A DNA stretch of 40,436 bases from NCBI GenBank assembly GCA_027604505.1, contig JADIIX010000170.1:1-40436 (forward strand). Reading direction: 5' to 3'. A program made the translations under genes and the position numbers. This document shows, piece by piece, positions 1 through 14,977 of this stretch (position 1 is its first letter; each line of letters begins with the position of its first letter). Origin of the DNA: Gonapodya sp. JEL0774 (Eukaryota). The notes under the pieces are model-generated. The model did no database searches, was not told where the DNA came from, and was given only the letters and a program-made list of their open reading frames with translations.

Positions 1-18
1 CTCACTTGTTTCCCACAG

Positions 19-1828
19 CCCACCAGTGGTCTCGACTCGTATGCAGCTTATCAGATTGTCAAACTTCTTCGGAAGCTTGTAGGTATCTGATCCTTACAGC
101 ATTCCACTTATTGTGCAGATTATATAACGAAGTGTTGCTAGGCGGATAAAGATCAGGCAATCCTGTGCACTATTCACCAGCCGTCGGCCGTCCTCTTCGA
201 ACTATTTGACGACCTCCTACTGCTTGGCAATGGTGGTCAAACTCTATATTTTGGTGAAATTGGCCCCAACTCAAAGACCGCCATCAGCTATTTTGAGAAG
301 CGTGGTGCTGCTCCGCACAACCAGTCGGAGAATCCTGCTGACTATATTCTGGATGCTGGGAATGGCCTGCGGAATGCTGATCCAGAGATTGCTATTGATT
401 GGGTCAGTCAATGGCGAAAATCTGACGAGGCTGAATTTTTGGAGACCCGAATTTCAGAACTACGTAACGTTCCAGTTGACGAAGCCTTGCAGAAAATGCA
501 AGAGCAAGAGTTCAACATCACGATCACACAACAAATTCCAATCGTGATGAAGCGGCTTTTCACATTGTTCTGGCGAAGCCCCAGATATACCGTTGGACAA
601 GTTATTGTCTCGATCGTTGAAGCCGCGTTCATTGCTGTGTCCTTCTTCCAAATCCCCAAAACTCAAGCAGGTCTTTTGCAGAGGGCTTTTGCCATTATGC
701 TGGCTGGTGCCTATTCTGGTCGCACAGCCTCTGTAAGGTTTTCTACGTCCTCTTCTCCGCTGATTCCGTACCCAATTATAGTCATTGGTCTGTCCCGTCA
801 TTCCTCAGCAAACAATACCTTTCTTCTTTGACTTGAAAACAAACTTTTTACGTGAATCTGCGCAAGGATTCTATAGCTCGGTTGCCTTCTCTACGGCCAT
901 CACCGTTGTGGAAGTAAGTTCGGAATATGGACTGCTGGTGATTTGGCACTCAATCACTTGCATACGTCCCAGATTCCATATAATATTCTTCAATCGACAA
1001 TTCTCTTCGCAATAATGTACTTTTCTGTTGGACTCTCGGGTGTACCAAGCGTCGCGGCAATATTTTGGACCTTCCACGTCATCCTCACAGTGTTTGCGAA
1101 CTCATTGGGACAGGCGGTTGCGGCACTTATGCCCAACATGCCACTTGCCTTTTTGCTAGTAGCAGTATCCAATCTATTTCTCGCAGCATTGGCGGGTATA
1201 GGTGGACCAGAAAAGCAAAGTACGTTTGTGATGAAGATGGTGACTTCAAACATCCCTTAATGCATTCTTCTAATGTGATGAAAACTTTCATAACCATATT
1301 GGTAGTGCCTGCATTCTGGAAGGGGGTTTTCTATATGAATCCTCTGCGTGAGTTCACCATGGTTTTCCTTGTTCTCCGCTCGGTACTCACCCCTTCAACC
1401 ACAGACTACTTTATAGAGGGCGCCCTCGTCAATGAGTTCGAGGATCTCAAGATCACATGTCAGGATTCTGAGCTTCTTCTATTTCCACCACCACCCGGCT
1501 TAACTTGTGGGCAGTATATGAACCCTTACTTTGCAAATGGTGGATCAGGCTATCTGGATAACCCAACCGCAAGAGATATGTGCGGGTGCGTTGCAGAATA
1601 CGGCTCTGAAGTTGATCCCGGTAGCAATCTCATTCCTTTTTGTCCGATCACTCGGATAACAGTCTTTGCCAGCTAGCAGATGCCCCCGTGATACTTGATC
1701 AGACATTTTCGTTCAGCCACCGAAACTTGTGGCGAAACTTGGCAATTCTCATTGCGATGGCAATCTTCAACCGGATGCTGTTGTTTATGTTCATGCGGAA
1801 TAATGCCCGCAAAATGAGTAAAAGATAG
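19..1828 (+). CDS. PDR/ABCG-family ABC transporter, 3' part (end of NBD2 and TMD2); 5' end outside window; spliced
   Basis: Spliced reading gives PTSGLDSYAAYQIVKLLRKL|ADKDQAILCTIHQPSAVLFELFDDLLLLGNGGQTLYFGEIG (intron 79-141), ENPADYILD, TM helices, and the PDR-type PPPGLTCGQYMNPY ... HRNLWRNLAI tail; stop TAG at 1826-1828. Confidence 0.93.
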
Positions 1829-2204
1829 CTTTCTGTGTTACAAAAGTTGAGAATACATTTTGTTGTTTCAACAGGCACCGGAAGCAAAACATTGGTTTGA
1901 CTCTCCCAGATCCGTCGGCCCCACTCCAAATGCTTCGATGACTATGATTTAGAGATCAATGTTTTTTGCATCCTGCCACTCTTCAGGTGTTACGGTAGGC
2001 ATTTCTTGTGATGATTGAGCCTGTCCCCCAAGGCACCAGGCCACATGACAAGAACATCCTCGAACCTGGATCAACTTGAATTCATCCGCGTCTTGCAACA
2101 ACACCGATTGCACACTCCATATCAATTGTGAGCCAGCACTCGCTTTGGCAGTAATCGAAATGATCTTATCTGCGACTGAATTTTCGACTTCGAAGGCACC
2201 AGAC

Positions 2205-2717
2205 ATGGCGCAGTCTCAGACTTTTGAAGGAGGCTGCGATTGTCGTCAAACTCGCTTCAGAATGCTCACAACGCCCCTCTTTGTACACTGCTGTCACTGT
2301 CGATGGTGCCAGCGAGAAACTGGCTCCTCCTTCGCTCTCAATGCCTTGATCGAATCCGACCAGTTGGAAATACTTGAGGGTTCTCTAGCACCAGAATTTG
2401 TAATGACGCCGTCGGAGAGTGGCAAGGGACAGATCATTGCCAGGTGCAAGGAGTGTCGTGTGGCATTGTATAGCCACTATGGGGGGGTGACCGGCACTCC
2501 GGTGAGCTTCGTCCGTGTGGGAACACTGGACCAACCAGACCGATTTCCACCCGATATCCATATATTTACGGAGAGCAAGCAGCCTTGGGTAGTCATTCCA
2601 GAAGGTGCCAGCAGTGTGCCTGTGTACTATGATCGGAACTTGTATTGGCCACCGGATAGTCTGAGGCGGAGGGAACAGAATTTGGCCAGAATGCAAGCGA
2701 AAGGCAACACACTGTAG
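2205..2717 (+). CDS. GFA/CENP-V family zinc-binding protein (glutathione-dependent formaldehyde-activating enzyme-like), intronless, 170 aa
   Basis: GGCDC, HCCHCRWCQRETG, CKEC cysteine motifs and PPDIHIFTESKQPW; first ATG at 2205. Confidence 0.9.
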   Translation: MAQSQTFEGGCDCRQTRFRMLTTPLFVHCCHCRWCQRETGSSFALNALIESDQLEILEGSLAPEFVMTPSESGKGQIIARCKECRVALYSHYGGVTGTPVSFVRVGTLDQPDRFPPDIHIFTESKQPWVVIPEGASSVPVYYDRNLYWPPDSLRRREQNLARMQAKGNTL

Positions 2718-2901
2718 CTATGTATGTGTGTATGCAGAGTGGAGCGGATGAGTGAAGGAGGCACGAGCGGCTTTACACATGTATGTTGCTGTTTTGTGTG
2801 GCGGAATTACATAACTCGGCCGTGCCTTCGGTTCGGATCGCTCTTGGAAATCGCCAACATTCAAACGCGGTTGTCATTGACCCCATTGAAACCCGGCCGA
2901 G

Positions 2902-5181
2902 ATGGTGAGCACACATCTCGTGTCGATGCCATCGTCCTTGCCACCGCCGGCTCCAAAGACCACCGACGTCGGCGGAGTGCAAACCTTTGCAATTTCCGAG
3001 TCCATGGGTGGTTCGATCACGTCCGGGTCGAATAGTGGGATAAAGCTGAGCCAGGGAGAGCAGTTTTTGGTGTCTGCATTGGCTCCGTCGGTGGCGTGTG
3101 TGTTCACGAATCCGTTCGATACCGTGAGTCATCGTGATATGATCCACCATCCACAAAATTGGAGCACACTCCTAGCGATGGACTCTTCTCCTGTTCACTC
3201 ACTGTCCTAACTCTTGCCTCGAATGCACTTTAGGCCAAAATAAGACTCCAACTCCAGGGCGCAGAATCAAGCATGCCTTCGCCTGTCGGATCTTCCCCCA
3301 GACTTCCAAACTCCATTCACTACCGAAACTCGTTCGACGTCATCTATAAAACTCTTAAATTTGAGGGTGTCGCGGGACTACAAAGGGGACTCGTTCCCGC
3401 TATTTGGAAAGAGGCCAGTAAGAACGTGTTTCGAATCGTGAGTTGAGATTGCAAAAAGAATGATGATGGCGGATGTGGCCACTGTGGAGTCCGAAAGCGA
3501 TTGCAGTCTGCTAAAGCTAAAGACTCGAGAATGAGGGAGATAGGAGTGAAAGGAAAGGGGTGCTAAACCTGGATTTGTTGGGGTCCGGTGGAGTGTAGCA
3601 GAGGCTTGCCCCTATCCACCTTCAGTCGGGATGGGGCAATTTACTGGCAGTGAAACTGGCTGGGCTTTGTGAAATGATCAGAGGTCGGGGAAAACCGGGG
3701 AAAGGTGGTGCGGGAGTGGAGTAGATATGTCACCTTCCGCCACAAACCCCTCTGTTTGGTTGGAGTGCAACGGTGGAAAAGCATATTTAGCGGAGCCAGT
3801 GCTGCTCAGGGTGCTGATTACCCAACGGAGGCCTCCACTTTCCATTCACGTTCGTCTCCACTCCGCACCCTCAAACACACACCTCCCTTTTGACCTGTTC
3901 ACCACTCGTATCCCGTTTCCTCTCACCGACCAGGGCATGTATGATCCCATCGTTTTGTTCCTCCACCCTCCCAGTTCCACCTCAAAATCCTCACCACCTG
4001 TATGGAAACGCATGCTCGCCGGGGCGCTGAGCGGCGCCATGGGAGCACTGAGTTGTAATCCATTTGAATTGATTAAGACACGGTATGTTTTCGTTTTCGT
4101 GAGGTGTTGGTGGGGAAAGGGTGGAAGGAATGGAATGGGCCACTGGTCCTTTCTATCCATCGCGTCCACAATCCCGTACCGTCGCTCGGCAAGCCTATGC
4201 TCACCAACGCCAGACCGACAGTGGTGAACCACGTTATTGACCTCGTTACCTCACTCCCCACTCCGCCAACCGATTGCAGTCTCCAATCCACCTCCCCAAC
4301 CCACCCCCTTGGCCACCAACACTCTTACACGGGCGTCCTGCACGCTCTCCGCCATATTTATACTACAGAGGGTCTCCAGGGCCTCTACCGAGGCGCCTCT
4401 CTCAACATTTCCCGATCAATTTTGGGCTCGGGGTCCAATTTGGCCGCGTATAGTTTGTTGAGGGAAAAGATGGTGCGAGGGGGATACGGGGACAGGATGT
4501 TTACGGACATGGTGGCTGGGATGGGTAGCGCGGTGGCCAGCGTAGTGGTAATGAATCCAGTGGATGTGGTGAGGTGAGTGGACAGCAGGGAGGGCGGGCT
4601 GGGCTTCGGAACTATGTGCAGGACGAAGGTGGATAAGGGTCGTTCCTTGATACAGTAGAGCCGGATGAGCGACTGAGCAGGACACTGAGTGGGACTCCCT
4701 GCCCTATTCCAATATCATTCTCATGAATTTTTGCTCTGATCGCCGCTGCCGCTCTCAGAACCCGCTTCTATAATCAAACTTACGTGAATGGCGTTGGGAC
4801 TATGTACAGCTCCGTTTGGGCCTGTGAGTTCGCGGCACCTTCTTGCTATCGTCCCCAGCACTCACCATCACGTTCACTTTCACAGCATTCGCCACTATCC
4901 TCGCTAAAGAGGGCCCCAGCGCTTTTTATAAAGGGCTGCTTACCCACTTCTTGCGGATAGGACCGCACTTCTGTCTTACGTTTGTGTTCTTAGTACGTAG
5001 TGTGCCCGCCTGGCATTTCACTTCGCCGTTAAGCTTCGAACAAAATCCACGAGCGTTTTGTCACATGTTTCTGTTTCTCTAGGGCGCATTGCGTCGCTCT
5101 CTCGCCGATTTCCATGAGCGAAGGAACGGGATTAGGACCACCACCCCTGCATCGACAGTTCTAGGGATAGCACGCTCGTAG
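2902..5181 (+). CDS. Mitochondrial carrier (SLC25), OAC1/SLC25A34-35-like; about 7 exons; start codon uncertain (2902, 2926 or 3004)
   Basis: Three carrier repeats: NPFDTAKIRLQLQG, NPFELIKTRLQ, NPVDVVRTRFYNQ; C-terminal FYKGLLTHFLRIGPHFCLTFVFL; last exon 5083-5181 ends TAG. Confidence 0.88.
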
Positions 5182-5599
5182 GGCAGAAGGAGATGGAGTG
5201 GAAACCGTGGAAGTGACGGTCAATGCGCGGCTGTTTGTGTGGTTAATATTGTTGGTGGTGGTGAGTGGTGGTGGGGGAGGCTCGATCTGCAACTGGTATG
5301 AAGATTGGCTTTGGATTTGGTCTTGAGGGGATATTAATTTGTGTTAGTATATCAACGGACATGGATAGATAATAGGGATAGATGAGTGAAACATGGCAGC
5401 GGAGCGAGGAGGACGGATATCCAACAATTGAAGCACATGCGGAGTGCACTGTGTATATACACTTTTCTATAAGACACGCACTCAAATCGCTCTCCCAACA
5501 AGCAAATACAATAGATTCCAGATCTCAACAATCGTTTGCAAAGTGTTTCGGTGACGTGACCACATGCTGTCAATACGGTTCAGCCCCAACTGCAACCCC

Positions 5600-7760
<2,161 letters not shown>

Positions 7761-7833
7761 GGTTTGGTGGGAATGATCACAATCCAAATTAATTGGTTCC
7801 ATAATTCTTCAAAATCGTAATTACATAATACAA

Positions 7834-9652
7834 TCAAGATCCCTTGCCCAAGTCTACTTTGCCCGTTCTGAGTTTGTTGGCACCAAATAATGCACCGTCT
7901 ACCAATCCAGCAACTGTGAAAATCCCTCCGACGACTGCACAAACTCCTGTGAGGAATGACCCAAACGACCGTTGCTCCTGAGTGTAAACAACCGTCATGG
8001 GCGAGATTTCATAATTGAAAAAGACGCCTACCATATGGTGGAGGTGAATGATTCAGTCACGCTGATTTGCTCAACGATGCGGCAAAGTAACTCACCGGGC
8101 AACCCCACCATGCCTGCTCCCTCAGGTGCCCGTGCAGACTTCACGTTCTCTGTAACAGAAAACTGGTTCGTGGAAGTGGTCGTTCCGTTAAGGAACACAT
8201 ACCGTGTTCCGACTACCTTAATGAAATACTGGTACATGGTAGTTACTTGGGACGAAAGGAAAAGGCGAATTGAGAGGAGCGGACTTGCTGCTGCAAAGGA
8301 AGCACGAAAACCCGTCTCTCACCCTCGGAACCCTCTTTCTGTGCACCGTCCAGGGGATTCCTGAAGGGAGTTGACTTTCCAAAGGCCAATCTGTTCACAG
8401 TATGGCCAAAGTGAAGAGTTGTACCCTTGTGATCACCATCATCCTTTGTAAACCTGTTGGTTTCGGCCACAAATCCCATCACGTCGTGGACGTGCATGTT
8501 GGACTGTTGGAACGATTTTCCGGGGGCGAAGTGAACGTTGCCGGCAACACGGTTCACTTCCAGGTGACCATAAATGATACAACCTTCGTTTTGCTGAATG
8601 GCGAGCTCGTCGACGTAACCCTCGGCGATGCACTAAAGTAGCAGAGCGCACATAATTTGTTAGGCGGCATACAAGACTCCCGTCAGAACGCGCTTTTCAG
8701 CTCACTTGATCGACATTGTCAGGAACAAAACTCCATCCCTTGCGACTGTACGCTTCCTTTACGGACTCACACGTGTCGCAGCATCCGCGCTCGTTGTCAG
8801 CAGTCGCGCCGTAGCAGGAACCACAGTAGTTGGCATCCTTCCGCAACATGACGAGGGCTTTTTGCTTCTCCTCGTCGATTGGTTCATGCCCGATTTCTAG
8901 TGCAATTTGAGTTTGAAAAAAGCCCAGGCAGTTTTAAGAGCAATCAAGTGAGTTTCATCAGCTCAAAACCGCAGAATATATGCGATTCAGTAGGTTGGCA
9001 AAATACTCACTGGCCTTTTCCTCGTCAATTTTCATTCCCAGTTGGTCAATACGAATCTTAAACATATTGGAGGACACGTCATTTTGTTGTTCCCCGGTGA
9101 CGTCCATGACATCCACGCCCAAAACTATGAATGTTTCATTTTCGCATAATTAACCTCAATCATAAGCCGACTACTCTCCGCGTCGTCTCACAACCGCATT
9201 ACTCACGGATGCAAGGCATGTGGGGGAACGTGATGTTGAGTTCGATCCACAATCGCTCCTTCCTAGCTGTTTCTACAACCAGCGATGGTTCCATCCGTGG
9301 CGTCCAATACTCGACAAACTCGGAGATCACAAGAAGTGCGACAAGGAGGAAGGAAATTAGGGTCACTGAGGGAAAGGTGTAGAATCGATTACGGATGAAA
9401 AAAAAACAGTAGTGAGGTTAAAAAATACCTATTCCACCGCTTCCAGAGGGGAAGAGAACGGTCCCAGGAGGAGGTGGTGATGTTGCGGTGAAGTCCGGGA
9501 TATTCAGATGGGAGTGCTCCATTCCAGACTCACGTTCGGGTCTTTATTCGGAAGTCATCGAGAGGTTTTGCGTAGGCATCGAAGCTCTTGATGGTGTCTA
9601 AGACACTGGGAGCGGCAGCGCTTGCCACCTTTCGCTGTCGCAATCCCGACAT
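7834..9652 (-). CDS. ERV46: ER-derived vesicle protein Erv46/ERGIC3; multi-exon
   Basis: N-terminal SFDAYAKPLDDFRIKT; NRVAGNVHFAPGKSFQQSNMHVHD; MYQYFIKVVGT; GVFFNYEISPM ... FLTGVCAVVGGIFTVAGLVD; C-terminal LGKGS. Confidence 0.92.
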
Positions 9653-9890
9653 TTAACAGGATGAAGCGAGAAACCCCAGAAAAGCAACCAGCCCCCGAGG
9701 AAGCAGCGGGAACAAGTAAATCACAATTAGGGTGACGGAGCGTTTGGGATTGGTTGGCAGTCGAAGAAACTAGTGGCTGGTTATGGTGCTGGCTGGGTGA
9801 CTGTGGTCGATGAACCCCAACCAAAAGTGAAGTCCACAATATGTATCAGACGCTCCATTATATTTCAAGAAGTCCATTCTTGCTTCAAAC

Positions 9891-10957
9891 ATGCTCAAAC
9901 GGTAAACCGTTGTTCAAACCTTCCAACTGCGAGAGTATCGCGCTGACAGTATGTTTTCGTCTCTGGGCACGGTACAGTGTTGACCTGAAGGATCACATCG
10001 CATCCCAAAGCCAGGTGAGAGTTTCGATCCATCCACGTTCATCTGGATTCATCAGTCTTACTTGAGCCGGATGCCTCTCTCAGGTCAAGGGATCCGTGCA
10101 ACGCTCAATACGGCAAAAGGTCATCGACACGTATCCGGCTCTCTCCCCGTTCATTGATGAACTTCTCCCAAAGAAAGCGCCTATGATCCTCGTGAAGTGG
10201 TGAAGTTCACATGAAGTACAATTTTCGTCCCAGGAATGAGAACTCAGATTGTTGCTGGTCTTCGTTGTAGTCATGAACACGTCAACCTCGTAGCCGTGGA
10301 CGGAGAAATTCTGTTTTTCAACCACTACGTGAGCTTGGTGTTAGGTGGTTCAGTTTTGCTTTGTGAAGTCACCTGAGAAATGATTTGTGAATTCTCTCAG
10401 GACGGTCCCTACCTTCCGCATTTGAAGCTCCTCCACCAGTGTGAGCACTGGATGCGATGCTCCAGGACAAGGGCAGTACGTTCGCATCGTTCCACAGACC
10501 GCTGACCAACACTCTCAAAACGTTTCAGATCCCGATATTCTCCCTGCTTTGAGAGCTGACAAGGGTGCTATCAAGTTTATACTGTCTGGTGCGAATATCA
10601 TGTGCCCCGGTCTGACCTCCAAAGGGGCCACGATGCCGCTTGAAAATTTACAAAAAGGTACTCCCGTGGCAATTTTCGCGGAAGGAAAGGAGCATGCTCT
10701 TGCTGTTGGAATCCTGGAGATGAGCACCGATGAAATGTAAGTAGGAAATTCGTAGTGTTGTGTTCAGCGCCACCAGTCGCTGACTTCTCCGCTGCTACTA
10801 CCGTGAAAGTCGAAAAGTAAATAAAGGAAGTGGGTTTTTGATCAAGTTCGTCCGTTATCGTCTGAGGCGTGTTTTACCATCTTTTCCTTTAGTCGCCATA
10901 GAGTCACTGCATTGCATTGGAGACGGCCTTTGGAAATTCACCCGAATAAATGAATAG
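9891..10957 (+). CDS. TMA20: Translation machinery-associated protein 20 / MCTS1 (PUA domain); multi-exon
   Basis: Spliced: [34 protein letters not shown] ... [24 protein letters not shown] ... [11 protein letters not shown] ... [17 protein letters not shown], stop TAG at 10955-10957. Confidence 0.92.
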
Positions 10958-11063
10958 ATACCTTGTACATAGGTTGTTCGAACCCATCATTTTTGCTCTC
11001 CCTGACCTGATTTCGAACCGTCCAAAGCAATCTTCCTTGGTCAACCAAAAGAGAAAAGTTCAA

Positions 11064-13295
11064 ATGACCATAAGCTCACTTCTCTTTATTCCCAAAGGCG
11101 CGGCAGCGCCCGTACCTTCTCGATATAAGCTCACTGATGAAGAATTCGAGCGTATTAATCAGGCCATCGAAGGGACGGAGGATGGGGAGGGAGGCGGCGG
11201 GGATACCGAGGCGGTTGTTGAGGGAGAACAGGACACCGAGATGAAAACTGAGGATGACGCGAAAGCTTCGTGAGTAGAATCTCGATGATCGGTCTCTCTC
11301 TTAGTGTTGTGGGTAATCCGGGAATAAAGATGAAACGGGTGTGTGAGTTCACTCGTGCTGACTCGACTGCCGCCTTTCAGACCCGCTGAACCCGACCTCT
11401 CCGAGTTCAATCTGGAAAAGTATGACGACGAGGAATCTGCTGCGACCGGAGAAGGAGAGGATCCCGAGACGGCTGGCAACTCGCGACTCTTCTCAAACAT
11501 TTCCTCCCTCAAATATTACAAGGACGACTCGGAGGACCCTTTCCTGACCAAGGTTGATAACGACAACAAGGATGATGAAGATGAAGAGCCAGATGAAAAA
11601 CTCGACATGCGCATTCTTCCTTCAGATAATCTGTTGCTCGCTGCTCGCACTAAGGACGAGGTGTCGCAAGTAGAAGTCTACGTGTACGAGCCAGCGCACG
11701 ACAACCTCTACGTCCATCATGACTTCTTGCTGCCGAGCTTTCCACTGTGTCTAGAGTGGCTCGACTTCCCCGTTGGAGAGGTGCCTTCATCAGCTAGTCG
11801 AGCACAGGGGAAACCGAGCCAGAGTGGGGGTCGAAATTTTGTAGCAGTTGGCACGTTTGACCCCACTATTGAGATTTGGAACTTGGACTTGGTGGATGCA
11901 GTATACCCTGAGCTGTTATTGGGTGACGACAAGGGTGGATTGGAAGCAAGTTCGACCACTAGGCCTACAGGAAAGAAAAAGAAGAAGGGAAAGAAAGCAA
12001 TCGTGAGTCACGACCTCAAGTTTAGATCTGACATTTCTCCCGAGAATCTGCCCTGACCCTCAGCGTTCTCCGGCAGATCGCAAACCCCCACACACACATC
12101 GCTGCTGTTCTCGCTCTCTCCTCGAATCGCTCCCACCGCAACCTTCTCATTTCAGCATCGGCAGATACCACTGTCAAACTTTGGGACCTGAATAGTCCGT
12201 CCCGAGCTGCTTCGAACTACACCCACCATAAGGACAAGGTAGCTTGTGTCGAATGGAACTGGTCCGAGGCGTCAGTAGCGGTCAGCTCGGGCTACGATAA
12301 GAAAGGTTAGATCATTTTCTTTGAGATTGCAGTGTCTTGCCGCTCTCACGGGTTGACTTGTCTTTCGTCCAGCCCACCTATTCGATACACGGTCGCCCGG
12401 TGCAACTTCTCCTATTTCTCTACCTTCCGATCCAGAAGCACTGCTCTTCGACCCTTTCACTCCCACCACTCTCTACATTACCACTGACTCCGGTCTTCTC
12501 ATCGCTTATGACACGCGACATACTGCCAAACCCATGTGGACTCTCCACGCGCATGACGGACCCGCTAGTACGATAGCTGTAAGCTCCTCTATTCGAGGAT
12601 GCCTCGTAACGGGTGGTGATGGTGGTGTGAAAGTCTGGGACGTAACGACGGGTGGTGTTAAGTCAGTTGTTTCAAAAGAAGTTGGGGTTGTAAGTTCTGG
12701 AGAAGTATCGTGCGATCATCTGAATGGTGCTAAAAATCTACCTTCATCATTTTCCTGCACACAGGGCAAAGTGTTCTCGACTTCTTTTATTCCTGATCCC
12801 ACAACAGACACCCCACTGGCTATCGCCGTTGGTGGCAGCACGGGCAAGCTCGTCGTTTGGAATGTGAGCGAGAATGATGCTGTCCAGACCGCCTTTGGAA
12901 ACAGGCTCAGTGGGGTGAGTTGATGATGACTATCCTTGCATTTGAAAGTGTTGGGCGTCGCAAATCAGGCTTCAGTGCTTCAATGATGATCACAAAGATT
13001 TGGAATTCTTCGTATTGACATACATGAAAATTAAATTTGTCTGAGAATACTTCTGAAGGCGACGGAATGAACTACCCGCATAATTGTCATTGCTGTCGGG
13101 CAGGGCTAATGCAATTACACCACCATTTCATTCAACATACAGATTGCCGTAAGAACCTCCAAACCCGAAATCACCACCGTGGAGGAAGAGGATGAGCCTG
13201 AATCTGATGACGACGAGGACGATGAGGGGGAGGAGGACGGAGCGGAAGGGTCCCAAGCAGAATCTGGGGATGACGATGAAATGGACGAGGATTGA
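11064..13295 (+). CDS. PWP1: Periodic tryptophan protein 1 (WD40, ribosome biogenesis); multi-exon
   Basis: MTISSLLFIPKGAA N-terminus; NLYVHHDFLLPSFPLCLEWLDF; NFVAVGTFDPTIEIWNLDLVDAVYP; SASADTTVKLWDL; WTLHAHD; acidic C-terminal exon ending TGA at 13293-13295. Confidence 0.92.
12977..13060 (+). ncRNA. Intronic box C/D snoRNA candidate (18S guide near the m7G site; snR57-like target region)
   Basis: In last PWP1 intron: C box ATGATGA 12983-12989, D' TTGA 13015-13018, C'-like ATGAAAA 13024-13030, D CTGA 13053-13056, terminal stem GCTT/AGGC; guide GGAATTCTTCGT (13002-13013) pairs with conserved 18S ACGAGGAAUUCC (12 bp, one G-U). Confidence 0.7.
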
Positions 13296-13387
13296 TTCTA
13301 AAATATTTACATTTGCGTCTAATGCTTGTATGCTAGAGTCTTGATTCTGTACAATCTATGTCCTGGCTAAAACATGAGGTGGGAGCC

Positions 13388-14857
13388 CTATGCTGCAACA
13401 GCTCGGGCCACTGACGTCTCGGCGCTGACAGTGCCGAACAGTGCAATCAACCACTCGTAAGTTCCAAAAGTCAGCATCGTGCCGGGGAGGACCCGAACCA
13501 AGTTGGGACCCAGCCCTTTCCAGAAACCGGTTAGGCCTTCGTTGCGCACAAGTTTTATGATGACGTCCGTCATCGATGCGTAATTTCCGCCATATTGGGG
13601 TAAGGCCTTTGAGTAGGGAAACCGTCACTATCCAATTTCCGATAACAAAAGCTGAAACACCGGAGGATTACCTGCAACCGAGACCTAACAACCTGAGCTG
13701 GACTCGTCGCAACAGTCGCCACCATTTTTGAAATAGCGGCCATCACAATGTATTCCACTGCGCCCTGCGCCACCCGTGAACCAACTCAGTGCACACGAAA
13801 ACCCCACTAACACCGAACGCAATCTCCATCATGTCAACTCACCGGCTTCGAATTTCCCCTCTCCCTCCCTACCCTCCTTTTCCATAAGTTTTTCAGCTCC
13901 TCGTATATCGTGAACTGAATCGCTCCATGGGAGACACCGACCAACGCCGGTACCATTCCCTTGTAAAACGCCCGTAAACCTTCACCGCGGTACATGCGGG
14001 ACACCGCGTCTGAGATGGCGAGGTTTTGAGTCATTGGGTTAGCTCACATGACGTCGTGTGGGGTCGAGAAGACAGCGAGAAGGTCTGGCTCACCCCACAT
14101 GGACAGGTAGCGCTTGGTGTCGGTGACCTTTTGAGTCACCATCCGGGTCTTGACTACCCATACGGGGTTAGTAAATACCTGGGTTATGGCACCTGGAAAC
14201 ATTTACGAATGGCATAGTTTGGGGCTCGTTCTCTTCGAAACACAGCCAACAGTGGGAATCGGTCCCAGACTCACCAGCACCCGAAGATGCCAAGAGGTAA
14301 TCTGCCGGCCCAAGTGGAGTACCGTTCCTATTCCGTATCCAAGATTTGCCAATTTCGTACCTGTCCATATTGAATCACATTGGCCATTGAGCTTACTGTT
14401 GCATCCAACAGCCTTATCACCCCTTATCCTCACCAATAAAAATACAATCCCCACGACAAGCTGGCACCCACTAAGCTCGGCGACACTCCTTGATACAATC
14501 CTCGCCATCCTTCTTCCCGCAATATGCTGGTAAAGGCGGCCGAAGTTCCACCAAAGAGGCGGCGTGGGGAGGTGGACGAGTCCACTGAGACAAGGCACGG
14601 TACGGACGTGCGAAAAATAAGTCGGAGAGCGTGGAGATAATGTGCATCGAGTGAGATGAACGAGTTCCGGAGAAAGGAGGGCTGACGATGCGTTGTGGAT
14701 TCAGAGAGAGCGGAATCAAAAAGGAGGTACCTTGGAATCTCGTCTTGATTACATCCAACGGGTGCAAGCACACTGTGGAGAACGCGCCGGCCAAAAAACC
14801 TGCCAGAGCTTCGTCACGGGGGCGCGATCCGGTGAGGCTCGAGGTTGCGGTAACCAT
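13388..14857 (-). CDS. Mitochondrial carrier, FAD/folate transporter (FLX1/SLC25A32-like); multi-exon
   Basis: LHPLDVIKTRFQ; GWRGLYQGVSPSLVGASLSWGLYFYW; FYKGMVPALVGVSHGAIQFTIYEELK; SPAQVVRSRLQ; FWKGLGPNLVRVLPG; ATG at 14857. Confidence 0.88.
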
Positions 14858-14977
14858 ATTATTTGTGGAATAGTTGGAAAGGCGGAAAGTAATGAGCAAC
14901 AATATTAATGAATATTGGATGACAAATTACTGATTACATATTGACAATTGTGCATGAAATATGTACAAATCAATTAA

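Noticed and set aside
3460..3830. ATGATGA and a hairpin in the long carrier intron as a third snoRNA
   Set aside because: No D box at a suitable distance and no recognisable rRNA guide; H/ACA layout not convincing.
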